A stretch of 64,000 nt of DNA from an uncultured Candidatus Saccharibacteria bacterium. GTDB lineage: Bacteria > Patescibacteriota > Minisyncoccia > Phycocordibacterales > GWA1-40-21. The stretch's first letter is position 1; each line of letters starts with the position of its first letter. Made by a program: the position numbers and the translations under genes. Of the stretch, positions 38,879-47,905 are shown piece after piece. The stretch covers positions 34,775 to 98,774 of the forward strand of contig CAZMNX010000001.1 in the NCBI GenBank assembly GCA_964567825.1, given 5' to 3'. Below the pieces are notes generated by a model. The model was not told the DNA's origin. It did not search any database and worked only from the letters and a program-made list of their open reading frames with translations.

Positions 38879-39282
38879 CGTTCTTTATCATCAATGACGT
38901 CTTTCATCCTGTTTTTTATTTCTAAAAAATTTTCCTCATTAATATAACCGATTTTATCAATCAATCTCTTGCTATCGATTAACTTTATTTGAGAAAGGTT
39001 GACTGTATTCTTGGTCTCAACACTAAAAACATCAAAACTGAAATAGTACTTCCCCAATTTGTGTTGTGAAGTCAAAGAAAGTCCCCAGAAAGTTTCGGCA
39101 TTAAACTTTTTGAATATTAAAACCGGTCTTCTAAATTCATCGCCCTTCCCATCTTGTTCATATCCGACATTCAGACCTAAGTGACACCACCAGACTTCTC
39201 TAGTGCGAAAAAACACATTATCTATGTCTTTCAGATTGATAATCTTTTTCTTCTCATTCCACCGATCAAAATCTTTCCCCAT
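38824..39282 (-). CDS. PemK/MazF-family endoribonuclease toxin (no adjacent protein antitoxin)
   Basis: EVWWC.LG.NVG.EQDGK...RPVLI, LSQIK.ID.KRL. Confidence 0.88.
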   Translation of the reverse strand: MGKDFDRWNEKKKIINLKDIDNVFFRTREVWWCHLGLNVGYEQDGKGDEFRRPVLIFKKFNAETFWGLSLTSQHKLGKYYFSFDVFSVETKNTVNLSQIKLIDSKRLIDKIGYINEENFLEIKNRMKDVIDDKERKYETTSCKGGSEPEGRK

Positions 39283-39365
39283 ATCGCCCGACAGTCTAAC
39301 ACAAGAAAAAAGACAGATTTTAAACTAAAATGTGGATAAATCGAGGGAGTATTTTTTGTGAGGTA

Positions 39366-40487
39366 CTAGTACTTCACCCAGCCATCCTTGGTGTAAGTTT
39401 GAAGATAAGTTTTTCTGTTTGAATTACCCAAATTATCAAATGAAAGCTCCCCAGCCGCACCGTTCATCTTGATCTGACGTAAGTTGTCCGCCACCTCCTT
39501 GGTATTATTTATATCTTTGCTTTTTTCTAGGGCCCATTTTAAAGCATAAACGTCATCATAGGCATAAGTAGCATCGGCAATTAGTAAGTCCACACCATAG
39601 GCTATTTTGTAATTCTTTTGAAACTCAATCGCTTTTATATTATTTGAATCTAAATCATAGTTATTATCTACCACCCTCATCTTTACTAAAGTTTCTTTAA
39701 ATTGCTCATACATAAATGGTAAAACATATACAGTGGAACCCGAATACAATCTCTTGTTATCCAGACCAAAGACTTTCAGTTGTTTGGTTATATTTATAGT
39801 CTCAGACCCTGGAAAACCATAAACCACAATGGCGTCAGGATTAAAAGATTTGATTTTCGCCATTTGAGTCTTAAAATCTAAATCTCCAAAGCTAAACATT
39901 TGATCTAAAAACTGAGAACTAACAGCTTCGGATTTAAGCCCGGCCAGAAAGACCTCGGTATCACCAAAATTTACAGCCATAATCCCCACTTTTTTCATGC
40001 CATCATTATTCAAGGCCTGACCAATAGAACGACCCACTTCCTCCATATCCCAATAATCCCTGAACACGTAGTTACCTGTCCCAACTCGAGAAACGGTGGC
40101 TGTAATATAAAGAACTTTATTCTGTTCCGCCACCGGCGCCGAGGCGAGTGACTGGCTAGAAAAAGCGGTAAAAAGATACCTTACCTCATCTATATTAATT
40201 AACTTTTGTACAGCACTAACAGATTTTGTAACATCGCCCCAATCATCCTCAAAAAGAACTTCCAGTCTCTTTCCATCAACCCCACCATTACCGTTAATTT
40301 CTTTTACGGCTAATTCAATTCCCCTTTTGTATTCAATACCATAAGTAGAAAACTGCCCCGTTAAAGGATAGACAGCTCCGATTTTAATAAAATTATTGTC
40401 GTTTGATTTTGTAACACCAGTCAGGACAGCTAAAATTACTATAACCGTTATCGCCGACCATAAGATGTACCTTGTTTTATTTTTCAT
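39366..40487 (-). CDS. LivJ-type substrate-binding protein 3
   Basis: TM; IKIGAVYPLTG, INGNGGVDGK, FEDD, DFKT, YAYD. Confidence 0.88.
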   Translation of the reverse strand: MKNKTRYILWSAITVIVILAVLTGVTKSNDNNFIKIGAVYPLTGQFSTYGIEYKRGIELAVKEINGNGGVDGKRLEVLFEDDWGDVTKSVSAVQKLINIDEVRYLFTAFSSQSLASAPVAEQNKVLYITATVSRVGTGNYVFRDYWDMEEVGRSIGQALNNDGMKKVGIMAVNFGDTEVFLAGLKSEAVSSQFLDQMFSFGDLDFKTQMAKIKSFNPDAIVVYGFPGSETINITKQLKVFGLDNKRLYSGSTVYVLPFMYEQFKETLVKMRVVDNNYDLDSNNIKAIEFQKNYKIAYGVDLLIADATYAYDDVYALKWALEKSKDINNTKEVADNLRQIKMNGAAGELSFDNLGNSNRKTYLQTYTKDGWVKY

Positions 40488-40617
40488 CACATGAGTATTG
40501 TGCCACAACATCGCCATCTAGTCCTTATTTTAGAATAAGCAAACAATACATTTTAATTATAGCTTGTATATAAAGCATATTATGCTATACTAAAGTCGTC
40601 CAAAGTTTGGACTTATT

Positions 40618-41358
40618 ATGAATACGCTAAACAAATTGATCCGGTACGGCCTCAGCAAATTCGAAGCCACCGTATATCTAGACGTCCTTTCCCACCTGGA
40701 TTCATCTGCTTTTGCTATCTATAAAAGAGTTGGGCTACCAAAAACTAGCGTCTATCATATTTTGGAATCGTTAAGAAAACGAGGCCTGGTAGAATCTTGG
40801 AAAAAAAATAACATCCAGCACTTTTCAGCTGGTAGTCCAAAAAGACTTCTATTTGAGCTAAAGGAAAAAGAAGATCTTCTACAATCCCTCGTTCCAGACC
40901 TCACTACTCTTTCCAATCAAGAAAACCAGACCAACTCTGTAAAAATGTACGAGGGAGCGAATAATTTAAAAAAGGTTATGCGGGAGGCATTAGAATATTG
41001 CGCAAAGCATAAAACCAACAGCATGCTAACGGCCGCCACAGATTCCATATCGTCCGATATGCCAAAATTTATGGATGACTGGCTCAAAGAAAGAGAAAAA
41101 ATGAATATCTTTGTAAAAATGCTTATACCTAAAGGCAAAATACCATTAGGCTTTCAGTCAAATAGCCTTCGAGAAACAAAGTTTCTACCAGAAAATTTCT
41201 TCCTACCAGGCATAATAAACATTTATGGCAACCGAGTAGATCTGTTCTCATTCAAGAACAATAAAATAAACTCTGTGGTCATTGATTCCGAAGCCTACAC
41301 CGACCTGTTGCGTAACTTCTTCTTGCTTACTTGGAATAACGCCGAGAAAACAAACTAA
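40618..41358 (+). CDS. TrmB-family transcriptional regulator 3
   Basis: GLS..EA.VY, LPKTSVY, YEG, LRETKFL, IYGNRV, FF..TW. Confidence 0.85.
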   Translation: MNTLNKLIRYGLSKFEATVYLDVLSHLDSSAFAIYKRVGLPKTSVYHILESLRKRGLVESWKKNNIQHFSAGSPKRLLFELKEKEDLLQSLVPDLTTLSNQENQTNSVKMYEGANNLKKVMREALEYCAKHKTNSMLTAATDSISSDMPKFMDDWLKEREKMNIFVKMLIPKGKIPLGFQSNSLRETKFLPENFFLPGIINIYGNRVDLFSFKNNKINSVVIDSEAYTDLLRNFFLLTWNNAEKTN

Positions 41359-41360
41359 CC

Positions 41361-42392
41361 CTACCTCACACATTTCCCGCCTTCAATCTTAGTCAACACC
41401 AAATCTCGCTCGACGACATTGTTTTTGTTAAAAGTAATGTCGCCATAGACCCCTTCAATTTTGTTTGTTTTGAGATATGACAGAGCCTTTTCGGGATTAT
41501 TATTGGTTGCCTTCATGGCGTAAAGCGCCGTCAAAGTATTTTCGTAGGCTAAACCGTAAAAAGTCGAGTAGCTGGCGCCGAGTTTTGATATAGGATATTC
41601 ATAACTGTAATTACCGTCCAAACTAAATCTCTTATCAGTCAAAACACCAGGAAAAGTACAAGACAGGTAGGTCAGATACGGAACCTTAACTCCCAAGGTC
41701 GACAAATCAGCAAAAACTTGATTAAGAGACGGACCATACCCCACGACAACCAAGACATCTGGTTGAAACTTCTTTATCTTCAAAGCCTCGGTCTTGAAAT
41801 CGGTGGTTGTCTTTTCAAAAGAAAAAGTTGCCACCGCTCGATCCGAGGCAATCGTCTTCTGCCATTCGTTTTTCCAAATGTTTCCAAACTCATCATTGAT
41901 GTTCACGATGGCTACCCTTTTCCAATTCGAATTAGCATTTACCTGCTTACTCACATCATTTAATGACGGCACTAAACCTTGAAACAAATAGGTTTTGTCT
42001 TTAGTCAAACCATAACCAGCCGCATCGGTAATCAAAACGACCTTGGCTTTTTCTGCGAGTGGCGCCACCGCATTGGTCACCCCACTTAAACCAGTCACAG
42101 CAAATTTTACTTGATCTATCTCGAATAGTTTATTAGCTGCCGACACCGCCACCTTAGGATCATTAGCTGAATCCTCTAAAATTAAATCAACTTTTATGCC
42201 AGTTTGCTCTTCAAAATGTCTCACCGCATCTTTTACCCCCTGAGCCGAAAGCTCACCAAAGATCGCTGAAGGGCCAGACAAAGCATACAAAGCACCAATC
42301 TTTAAGGTTCCAGTTTTTGTTCTATTAAAACCGAAATAAACGCCGATTACTAGTAAAGCTACAACGACTAAAGCAATAATTATCTTTTTCAT
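41361..42392 (-). CDS. LivJ-type substrate-binding protein 4
   Basis: TM; LKIGALYALSG, LEDS, DFKT, GVYGDITF. Confidence 0.86.
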   Translation of the reverse strand: MKKIIIALVVVALLVIGVYFGFNRTKTGTLKIGALYALSGPSAIFGELSAQGVKDAVRHFEEQTGIKVDLILEDSANDPKVAVSAANKLFEIDQVKFAVTGLSGVTNAVAPLAEKAKVVLITDAAGYGLTKDKTYLFQGLVPSLNDVSKQVNANSNWKRVAIVNINDEFGNIWKNEWQKTIASDRAVATFSFEKTTTDFKTEALKIKKFQPDVLVVVGYGPSLNQVFADLSTLGVKVPYLTYLSCTFPGVLTDKRFSLDGNYSYEYPISKLGASYSTFYGLAYENTLTALYAMKATNNNPEKALSYLKTNKIEGVYGDITFNKNNVVERDLVLTKIEGGKCVR

Positions 42393-42477
42393 ACTTGCAT
42401 ATTATCAAACAAATGGTAACATATATCAATAAGCAGTTTTGTCGGAAAATATCGACATAATTGTGATAATAATCACA

Positions 42478-43221
42478 ATGAATATTCAGGAACTAGAAAA
42501 AATCGGCTTAACAGGCAAGAAAGCGAGAGTTTATTTAGCAGTCCTAGAGGTTGGCCAAGCTACAATTATTCAAATCGCTAGAAAGACCCTGATTAAAAGA
42601 ACGACTCTATATGATCTGGTAGCCGACCTAACAGCCCAAGGCTACTTATCAGAAATTAAAAAAGGTAATAAAAATATTATCATCGCCGAGGATCCTGCGG
42701 TTTTGATTAAAACTTTCGAGAATCGATTGGACGAGGTGAGAGACTTAGCGCCAACTCTATTTAAAATCTTCAACTCCGTCACTTCCCGCCCCCAGATTCG
42801 TTTCTATGAAGGAGTCGAGGGCATAAGGCATATGATGGAAGAGGCTTTGGTAATGAAACAAAAAGAAGTTCACTATTGGGGCCCGGCGGATAATATTATT
42901 GAGATTTTGGGAAATGTTTATATTGATAAATGGTTGAAAAGAAGAGTCCGAGCGGGTATCCAGACTCACGGCCTCCTCACCCAAAATGCCCCACGAGGCT
43001 CAAAACCGTTCCTGAAAACCGATAAAAACGCCTTGCGTGAGGTGCGTTGGCTATCCACCAAAACTATTTTTGATGGCATCCTCTGGCTTTATGATAATAA
43101 AGTGATGTACATCGCTTCGGCTAAGGATTCCTTTGGCTTCATCATCGAAAGTGACAACTTCACCCAATTTATGAAGGTTATTTTCCAAAGTATGTGGGAG
43201 ACAGCGAGGGAGGATAGGTAG
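42478..43221 (+). CDS. TrmB-family transcriptional regulator 4
   Basis: Likely start MNIQEL; IKRTTLY, FYEG, LREVRWL, LYDNKV, FQSMW. Confidence 0.85.
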   Translation: MNIQELEKIGLTGKKARVYLAVLEVGQATIIQIARKTLIKRTTLYDLVADLTAQGYLSEIKKGNKNIIIAEDPAVLIKTFENRLDEVRDLAPTLFKIFNSVTSRPQIRFYEGVEGIRHMMEEALVMKQKEVHYWGPADNIIEILGNVYIDKWLKRRVRAGIQTHGLLTQNAPRGSKPFLKTDKNALREVRWLSTKTIFDGILWLYDNKVMYIASAKDSFGFIIESDNFTQFMKVIFQSMWETAREDR

Positions 43222-43255
43222 AACAAAAAACACCCAGGAAGGGGTGTTTTTTGTT
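43222..43255. terminator. Bidirectional terminator between TrmB4 and SBP5
   Basis: AACAAAAAACACCC..GGGTGTTTTTTGTT. Confidence 0.75.
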
Positions 43256-43277
43256 TACCATAATCAATGTCCCGAGT

Positions 43278-44405
43278 TTAGATTTTTGTAGGGACACCTT
43301 TAACTAGCTTGAAGGCTGATTCAACGATTGGTGCCGCACCGTTATTATCAATAGTCACTAAACCAGTTGAACCTTGATAATTTGAGATTTTAAGGAGACT
43401 AGATTTTACAGCACTCGCAGTAATCTCGCCCTTAATACCCGGCAATACCTTGGTCAACAAAATATTTGTTGCATCGTAGGCTGGGTGTGTGGTCAGAGGA
43501 AGAATTGGACCTCGACCAACTAAAGCCTTAAACTTGGCGTCAAAAGCTGCAGCTTGACCGTTGGTTGCATCAGCATCCCAATAAGCGAAGGTCGTTCCTT
43601 CAGCCTTACCATCTGCCAATTGCTGTGCTATTGGGCTAGTAATAGTACCAGTGGTGTAGAAAGATTGTTTCATTCCTAAATCTCGAGTTTGTTTCATAAT
43701 CAAGCCAGTTTCATCATGACCCAGCAAAACCAAACCCTCAACATTCCCCGTCTTAAGTTTTAATAATTGAGTTCTAAAATCTTTATCTTCATAGTTGAAT
43801 GATTCGATTTGTACTTTACCACCCTTACTTTCAAACTCTTTCTTGAATGAGTTCGCCACAATCGCCATGAAAGTATCTTTGGTTGAATACATAATACCGG
43901 CGCTCTTTTTACCCTCGGCCGCCATCTGATCGGCTAGTGAAATACCAATTGATTCGGTTTCTGTCGCTAAACAAAACACATTTTTGGAAGCATTAGCCAC
44001 CTCCTTATTACAATCCAGCGGATTAATTATTACGACCCCATCCTGAGCCGCCTTATCCATCACCGCGAACAAACCGCCATAACTAGCGACTAAAATAACT
44101 TTTACTTTATCGACGTTCACAAGCTTCTCGTAAGCTGAAACCGTATTCTTGGTTAAGTACTGATCGTCTTCAGAAATTAGCTCGACTTGTCTACCATTTA
44201 CCCCGCCAGCCTTGTTAACATCGGCAACCGCAATTTCCACCGCTTTCACCGCGTCCATACCCAGCACCGCTGATGGACCAGTAAGCGGACCAATGTAACC
44301 AATCTTGATTGGCTCAGTTGTGCCGACAGGTGAAACTCTGCTAAAATACATACTAAGGCCGATAATCACGATTATTAGAACGATAATGCTTAATGTCTTT
44401 TTCAT
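43278..44405 (-). CDS. LivJ-type substrate-binding protein 5
   Basis: TM; IKIGYIGPLTG, VNKAGGVNG, EDD, DFRT, AYDA. Confidence 0.88.
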   Translation of the reverse strand: MKKTLSIIVLIIVIIGLSMYFSRVSPVGTTEPIKIGYIGPLTGPSAVLGMDAVKAVEIAVADVNKAGGVNGRQVELISEDDQYLTKNTVSAYEKLVNVDKVKVILVASYGGLFAVMDKAAQDGVVIINPLDCNKEVANASKNVFCLATETESIGISLADQMAAEGKKSAGIMYSTKDTFMAIVANSFKKEFESKGGKVQIESFNYEDKDFRTQLLKLKTGNVEGLVLLGHDETGLIMKQTRDLGMKQSFYTTGTITSPIAQQLADGKAEGTTFAYWDADATNGQAAAFDAKFKALVGRGPILPLTTHPAYDATNILLTKVLPGIKGEITASAVKSSLLKISNYQGSTGLVTIDNNGAAPIVESAFKLVKGVPTKI

Positions 44406-44527
44406 ATAAATTATTTGTTATTAAGATTGATAAACTTGACCGTATATCCATCTTAGCATATAATATATTAATTGTCAACCAAAAAGGGTGACAATAATGA
44501 GTAAAAAGACAAAAAAGGGCTAAAAAT

Positions 44528-45289
44528 ATGAATATTTCCAAAGAAATTCAAAAACTGCTAGACCTCGATTTCACTCCAAATGAGGCTTCCGTCTACTCAA
44601 TCCTGATCCAGAGCGGTTCGACCAAGGCAGGCGTGATAATCAGCAAAACCGGGCTCCATCGTAACCTAGTTTATACCGCTTTGGATCATTTAATTGCCCG
44701 AAAAATCGTCTCGGTTCAGGATTCCAAGAGCGGGCGAGTCTATACCGCTATTTCACCAAACATTTTAATTGAGGAGTATGACCATAAAAAAGAATTGGCC
44801 GAGGAGCTAACAAAAAGTTTTAAACAAAAAAGTTTTATCGGCGATCAAGAAATTTCTGTGCATGAGGGCAATGAAGACTATTTAAAACTTTTGACTAGTG
44901 TGATCAATTCCCTACCCCAAGGCTCAACCAAGCTCGTTTTGGGTACTGGCGGGGCGGATTTTATGCGCCATACCATGTTGTCGATTTGGGACAAATACCA
45001 TGAGGTAGCGAAAAAACAACAGATAAAGATAAAGATGCTCGCTTACGGCGAACAAAGAGGTGCCCTAGAGAAAGTAACGGCCGCCGAAGGAATTTACAAC
45101 ATTAAATACCTGCCAGCTGATACAGAAAACCCCGCTGGTATTCATATTTATCCCGAAATAAATACTGTCTTAAACATTATTTACTCCACTGAATTCCAAC
45201 CAGTTACGGCCATAAAAATCAAAAATAAATCCTTAACCCAGGGTTATCTAAATTTATTCAATAATCTGTGGAAGGAGGGAGAGAAGTAA
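44528..45289 (+). CDS. TrmB-family transcriptional regulator 5
   Basis: NEASVY, LHRNLVY, HEG, IKYLP, FNNLW. Confidence 0.82.
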   Translation: MNISKEIQKLLDLDFTPNEASVYSILIQSGSTKAGVIISKTGLHRNLVYTALDHLIARKIVSVQDSKSGRVYTAISPNILIEEYDHKKELAEELTKSFKQKSFIGDQEISVHEGNEDYLKLLTSVINSLPQGSTKLVLGTGGADFMRHTMLSIWDKYHEVAKKQQIKIKMLAYGEQRGALEKVTAAEGIYNIKYLPADTENPAGIHIYPEINTVLNIIYSTEFQPVTAIKIKNKSLTQGYLNLFNNLWKEGEK

Positions 45290-45292
45290 AAT

Positions 45293-45368
45293 TTGACAGT
45301 AAAATCACACCCGCTATAATGATTGTAATAGACGTGAACGGCATCCTAAATGGGTGCCGTTCGTTTTT
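45293..45368 (+). ncRNA. Putative sigma70 promoter plus ~40-nt hairpin RNA convergent with the NYN gene
   Basis: TTGACA-16-TATAAT, then GAACGGCATCC..GGGTGCCGTTC hairpin and T run. Confidence 0.45.
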
Positions 45369-46000
45369 TATAAATCTGTACGTTTTAGGTGCTCTCGGAG
45401 GTAAGTGAAATCCATAAATTTATCCCCGGCAAATCTCCTAATTTCTTTCGCTGTTCTTAGCCCACTAGCTAACACCATAACTTTTTTCTCGTCAACATTA
45501 CGTAAATATTTCAAAACGGGCAAAAAGTCTCCGTCACCAGAAAGTACAAGAACCTGCCCAAACAAACCCCTATCACGCATTAAGTAAAAAGCCATTTCCA
45601 CATCACAATTTGCTTTACGTTTTTTACTACCAGCCTCATCTTCATAAATCTTTACCGGCTTCAAGACAAGTTTGTACTTAAACTCTTCCAGTTTTTTATA
45701 AAAACGGACTTGTTTTAGATGACGTTCGAGAATAGTAAGTTCAACATTAGTAAAACTTTTGCTATTTTTCTCAACATAATCTATAAGGTATTTTTCTAGA
45801 TCCGCCAAAGAAACGGTGTCGTTTGTCAGGTAATCAAAGGAAAACTTGTGAATTTCTACACCTCCAAAATAATAGATTTTGGATACTCCGAACTTACCTC
45901 GGAGATATTTATGAAGTTTTTCAAAATCAATTTTCCAACCCAAACTTTTCTCCCCTCCATAGAATAAATTGGATGCATCAATATAAGCGAATGTTTCCAT
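45368..46000 (-). CDS. NYN-domain (LabA/DUF88, PIN-like) ribonuclease
   Basis: YIDASN, KANCDVE, LSGDGDF acidic catalytic motifs. Confidence 0.88.
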   Translation of the reverse strand: METFAYIDASNLFYGGEKSLGWKIDFEKLHKYLRGKFGVSKIYYFGGVEIHKFSFDYLTNDTVSLADLEKYLIDYVEKNSKSFTNVELTILERHLKQVRFYKKLEEFKYKLVLKPVKIYEDEAGSKKRKANCDVEMAFYLMRDRGLFGQVLVLSGDGDFLPVLKYLRNVDEKKVMVLASGLRTAKEIRRFAGDKFMDFTYLREHLKRTDL

Positions 46001-46097
46001 ATCGCCAGGCAGTCTAGCACGAGAAAAAAGAGGTCCTGGCGAAGAACTGTGGATAAAAACAACCCTATTTTACAAGGAAGGAGACCTACTACTCGTT

Positions 46098-46964
46098 TTA
46101 CAATTTATACTCCCCAACCAGCCCCTGTGGCCTATATAGCATAAGTAAGACTAAGAGAAGACCGTACACCACTTGGCGCATTTGGGCAGCGACATCGGTG
46201 GGAAAACCAACGAAACGGAGAATTTCGGGGAGAAGAATGAGGAAAATAGCGCCGACGACTGAGCCTTTCAGGCTGGCCATACCGCCGAGGATAATGATAG
46301 CGAGAATAAAGATACTTTCGTTCAAACCAAAAGTGGAGGGGTCAATAAAAGTAATATACGTCGCAAAAAGTCCACCAGCCAAACCGGCCATCCCAGCGGT
46401 AATAATAAAAATAGTTAGTTTAAATAATTTGGTGTTGTAACCAAACACCGATAAGGCTTTCTCGTCTTCTCTAATACCTTTCAAGACTCGGCCAAAAGAG
46501 GATTTGGTGATTCCTAAACTAATTAAATAAACCAGACCCGCACCAACGATCGTTAGAATCAGAAAAGATAAATTACTACTTAATTCAAAGCCAAACAATG
46601 ACGGCCGATTGATACCGGGAATGCCGAGTGGGCCGCGAGTTAAACTTTCCCAATTTAGAAAGATGCTGTAGATAATAATGTTGAAACCAAAAGACACTAA
46701 AGCATAGTAATCATCTTTAAAACGGCTCAAGATCAGGCCAAGGAGGCCCGCAATGAGCCCCGCCAGGATAATCCCCACGAGCAAGGCTAGAAAAAAGTTC
46801 CAGCCATATACCGTCATCAGAATCGCCACAGCATAGGCGCCAATGCCATAAAAAGCGGCGTGAGTGACGGAAAGTAACCCCGTATACCCCACCACCAAAT
46901 TTAGTGAGAGTGCTAGTGGCACATATATTCCGATTAGAATGGCGAGATGAATAAAGTATTCCAT
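46098..46964 (-). CDS. livM: Branched-chain amino acid-type ABC permease, LivM-like
   Basis: SLNLVVGYTGLLS..HAAFYGIGAY, DYYAL, LTRGP.GI, IREDE, RPQGL. Confidence 0.92.
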   Translation of the reverse strand: MEYFIHLAILIGIYVPLALSLNLVVGYTGLLSVTHAAFYGIGAYAVAILMTVYGWNFFLALLVGIILAGLIAGLLGLILSRFKDDYYALVSFGFNIIIYSIFLNWESLTRGPLGIPGINRPSLFGFELSSNLSFLILTIVGAGLVYLISLGITKSSFGRVLKGIREDEKALSVFGYNTKLFKLTIFIITAGMAGLAGGLFATYITFIDPSTFGLNESIFILAIIILGGMASLKGSVVGAIFLILLPEILRFVGFPTDVAAQMRQVVYGLLLVLLMLYRPQGLVGEYKL

Positions 46965-46981
46965 TAGTTTTAGATTATATC

Positions 46982-47728
46982 TTATTTTCTAACTTCAGAC
47001 ACCAGCCACAAGGCACTAAATAAGCCACGCATGGTATTTGAGAACTCTTTACTCTCAACAATAAAACCAAAATTTTCTTGTGGAGTAGAAATAATCGCCA
47101 CTTTATTATCATAAATAAAGATCGTCTCTGTGATGTGTATGCCTTCAGGGGCAATTCTCAATTCTCGCATTATATTAGTTTGGTAGATATCCTCCATTAC
47201 TTCAGTATTTTTCATTCGAATACTCTTGGCAGTAATGTTCTTTTCAACCCTCAGTTTCAACCATTGATCAATATAATCTTTTCCCACAGTGTCGATAACA
47301 TCTTTCCCCGATCCAATATATAAATATTCTCGGCTTTTAACTTTCAAAACATCGTCAAAAATACCCTGAACAGCTTTTTGACCCGAAAAATACCTCATAG
47401 TTGGGCCGTCTGTTTTCTGCCTGAATACTTTCAACAAATCCCCCGACAGTCTTTGGGCAATTACCATCTGAGTCTCAGCTTGTTTTTTCAAAATCTCGGG
47501 AGATTCCGCCTTATATTTAACTTTCTTCGAGCCAGGCACGACCGAAACTAACCCTTTTTCTAATAATTCATCCAGAACGAGATAGCAAGTTGGCCTTTTG
47601 ATTCCTGCTCTACCCGCTAATTCAGAGACAGAGAAAGTGTCCAGTTCTAAGGAGCGGACATAGACGATCGCCTGTCTTTCTGTCAGCCCTAATGATATAA
47701 GTTTATTTTTAGATTCAATAAAATCCAT
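46982..47728 (-). CDS. TrmB-family transcriptional regulator 6
   Basis: GLT..QA.VY, IKRPTCY, YFSG, MRELR, IYDNKV, FSALW. Confidence 0.85.
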   Translation of the reverse strand: MDFIESKNKLISLGLTERQAIVYVRSLELDTFSVSELAGRAGIKRPTCYLVLDELLEKGLVSVVPGSKKVKYKAESPEILKKQAETQMVIAQRLSGDLLKVFRQKTDGPTMRYFSGQKAVQGIFDDVLKVKSREYLYIGSGKDVIDTVGKDYIDQWLKLRVEKNITAKSIRMKNTEVMEDIYQTNIMRELRIAPEGIHITETIFIYDNKVAIISTPQENFGFIVESKEFSNTMRGLFSALWLVSEVRK

Positions 47729-47841
47729 ATACCGACCATATTAGCAAAAGCCGAATAATTTGTCAACATCTGTGACAACTTATTGTAAATTAGACAGTAG
47801 CGTTGTTTCTAGCCACATTTTAGTGTTATGTGTCCCAGTTT

Positions 47842-47870
47842 TTGACACAAACCAAAGAACCTGCTATACT
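47842..47870 (+). promoter_or_regulatory. sigma70 promoter of SBP6 overlapped by a palindromic operator
   Basis: TTGACA-17-TATACT; the -35 lies within TGTGTC-N9-GACACA (47829-47849). Confidence 0.7.
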
Positions 47871-47905
47871 TTAAATAGAAAATTATAAATTATTACATAA
47901 TATAA

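Noticed and set aside
34687-46056. Three DnaA-box 9-mers (34687-34695, 39331-39339, 46048-46056) as a replication origin
   Set aside because: They are kilobases apart with no dnaA/dnaN or unwinding element nearby; better read as promoter-associated sites
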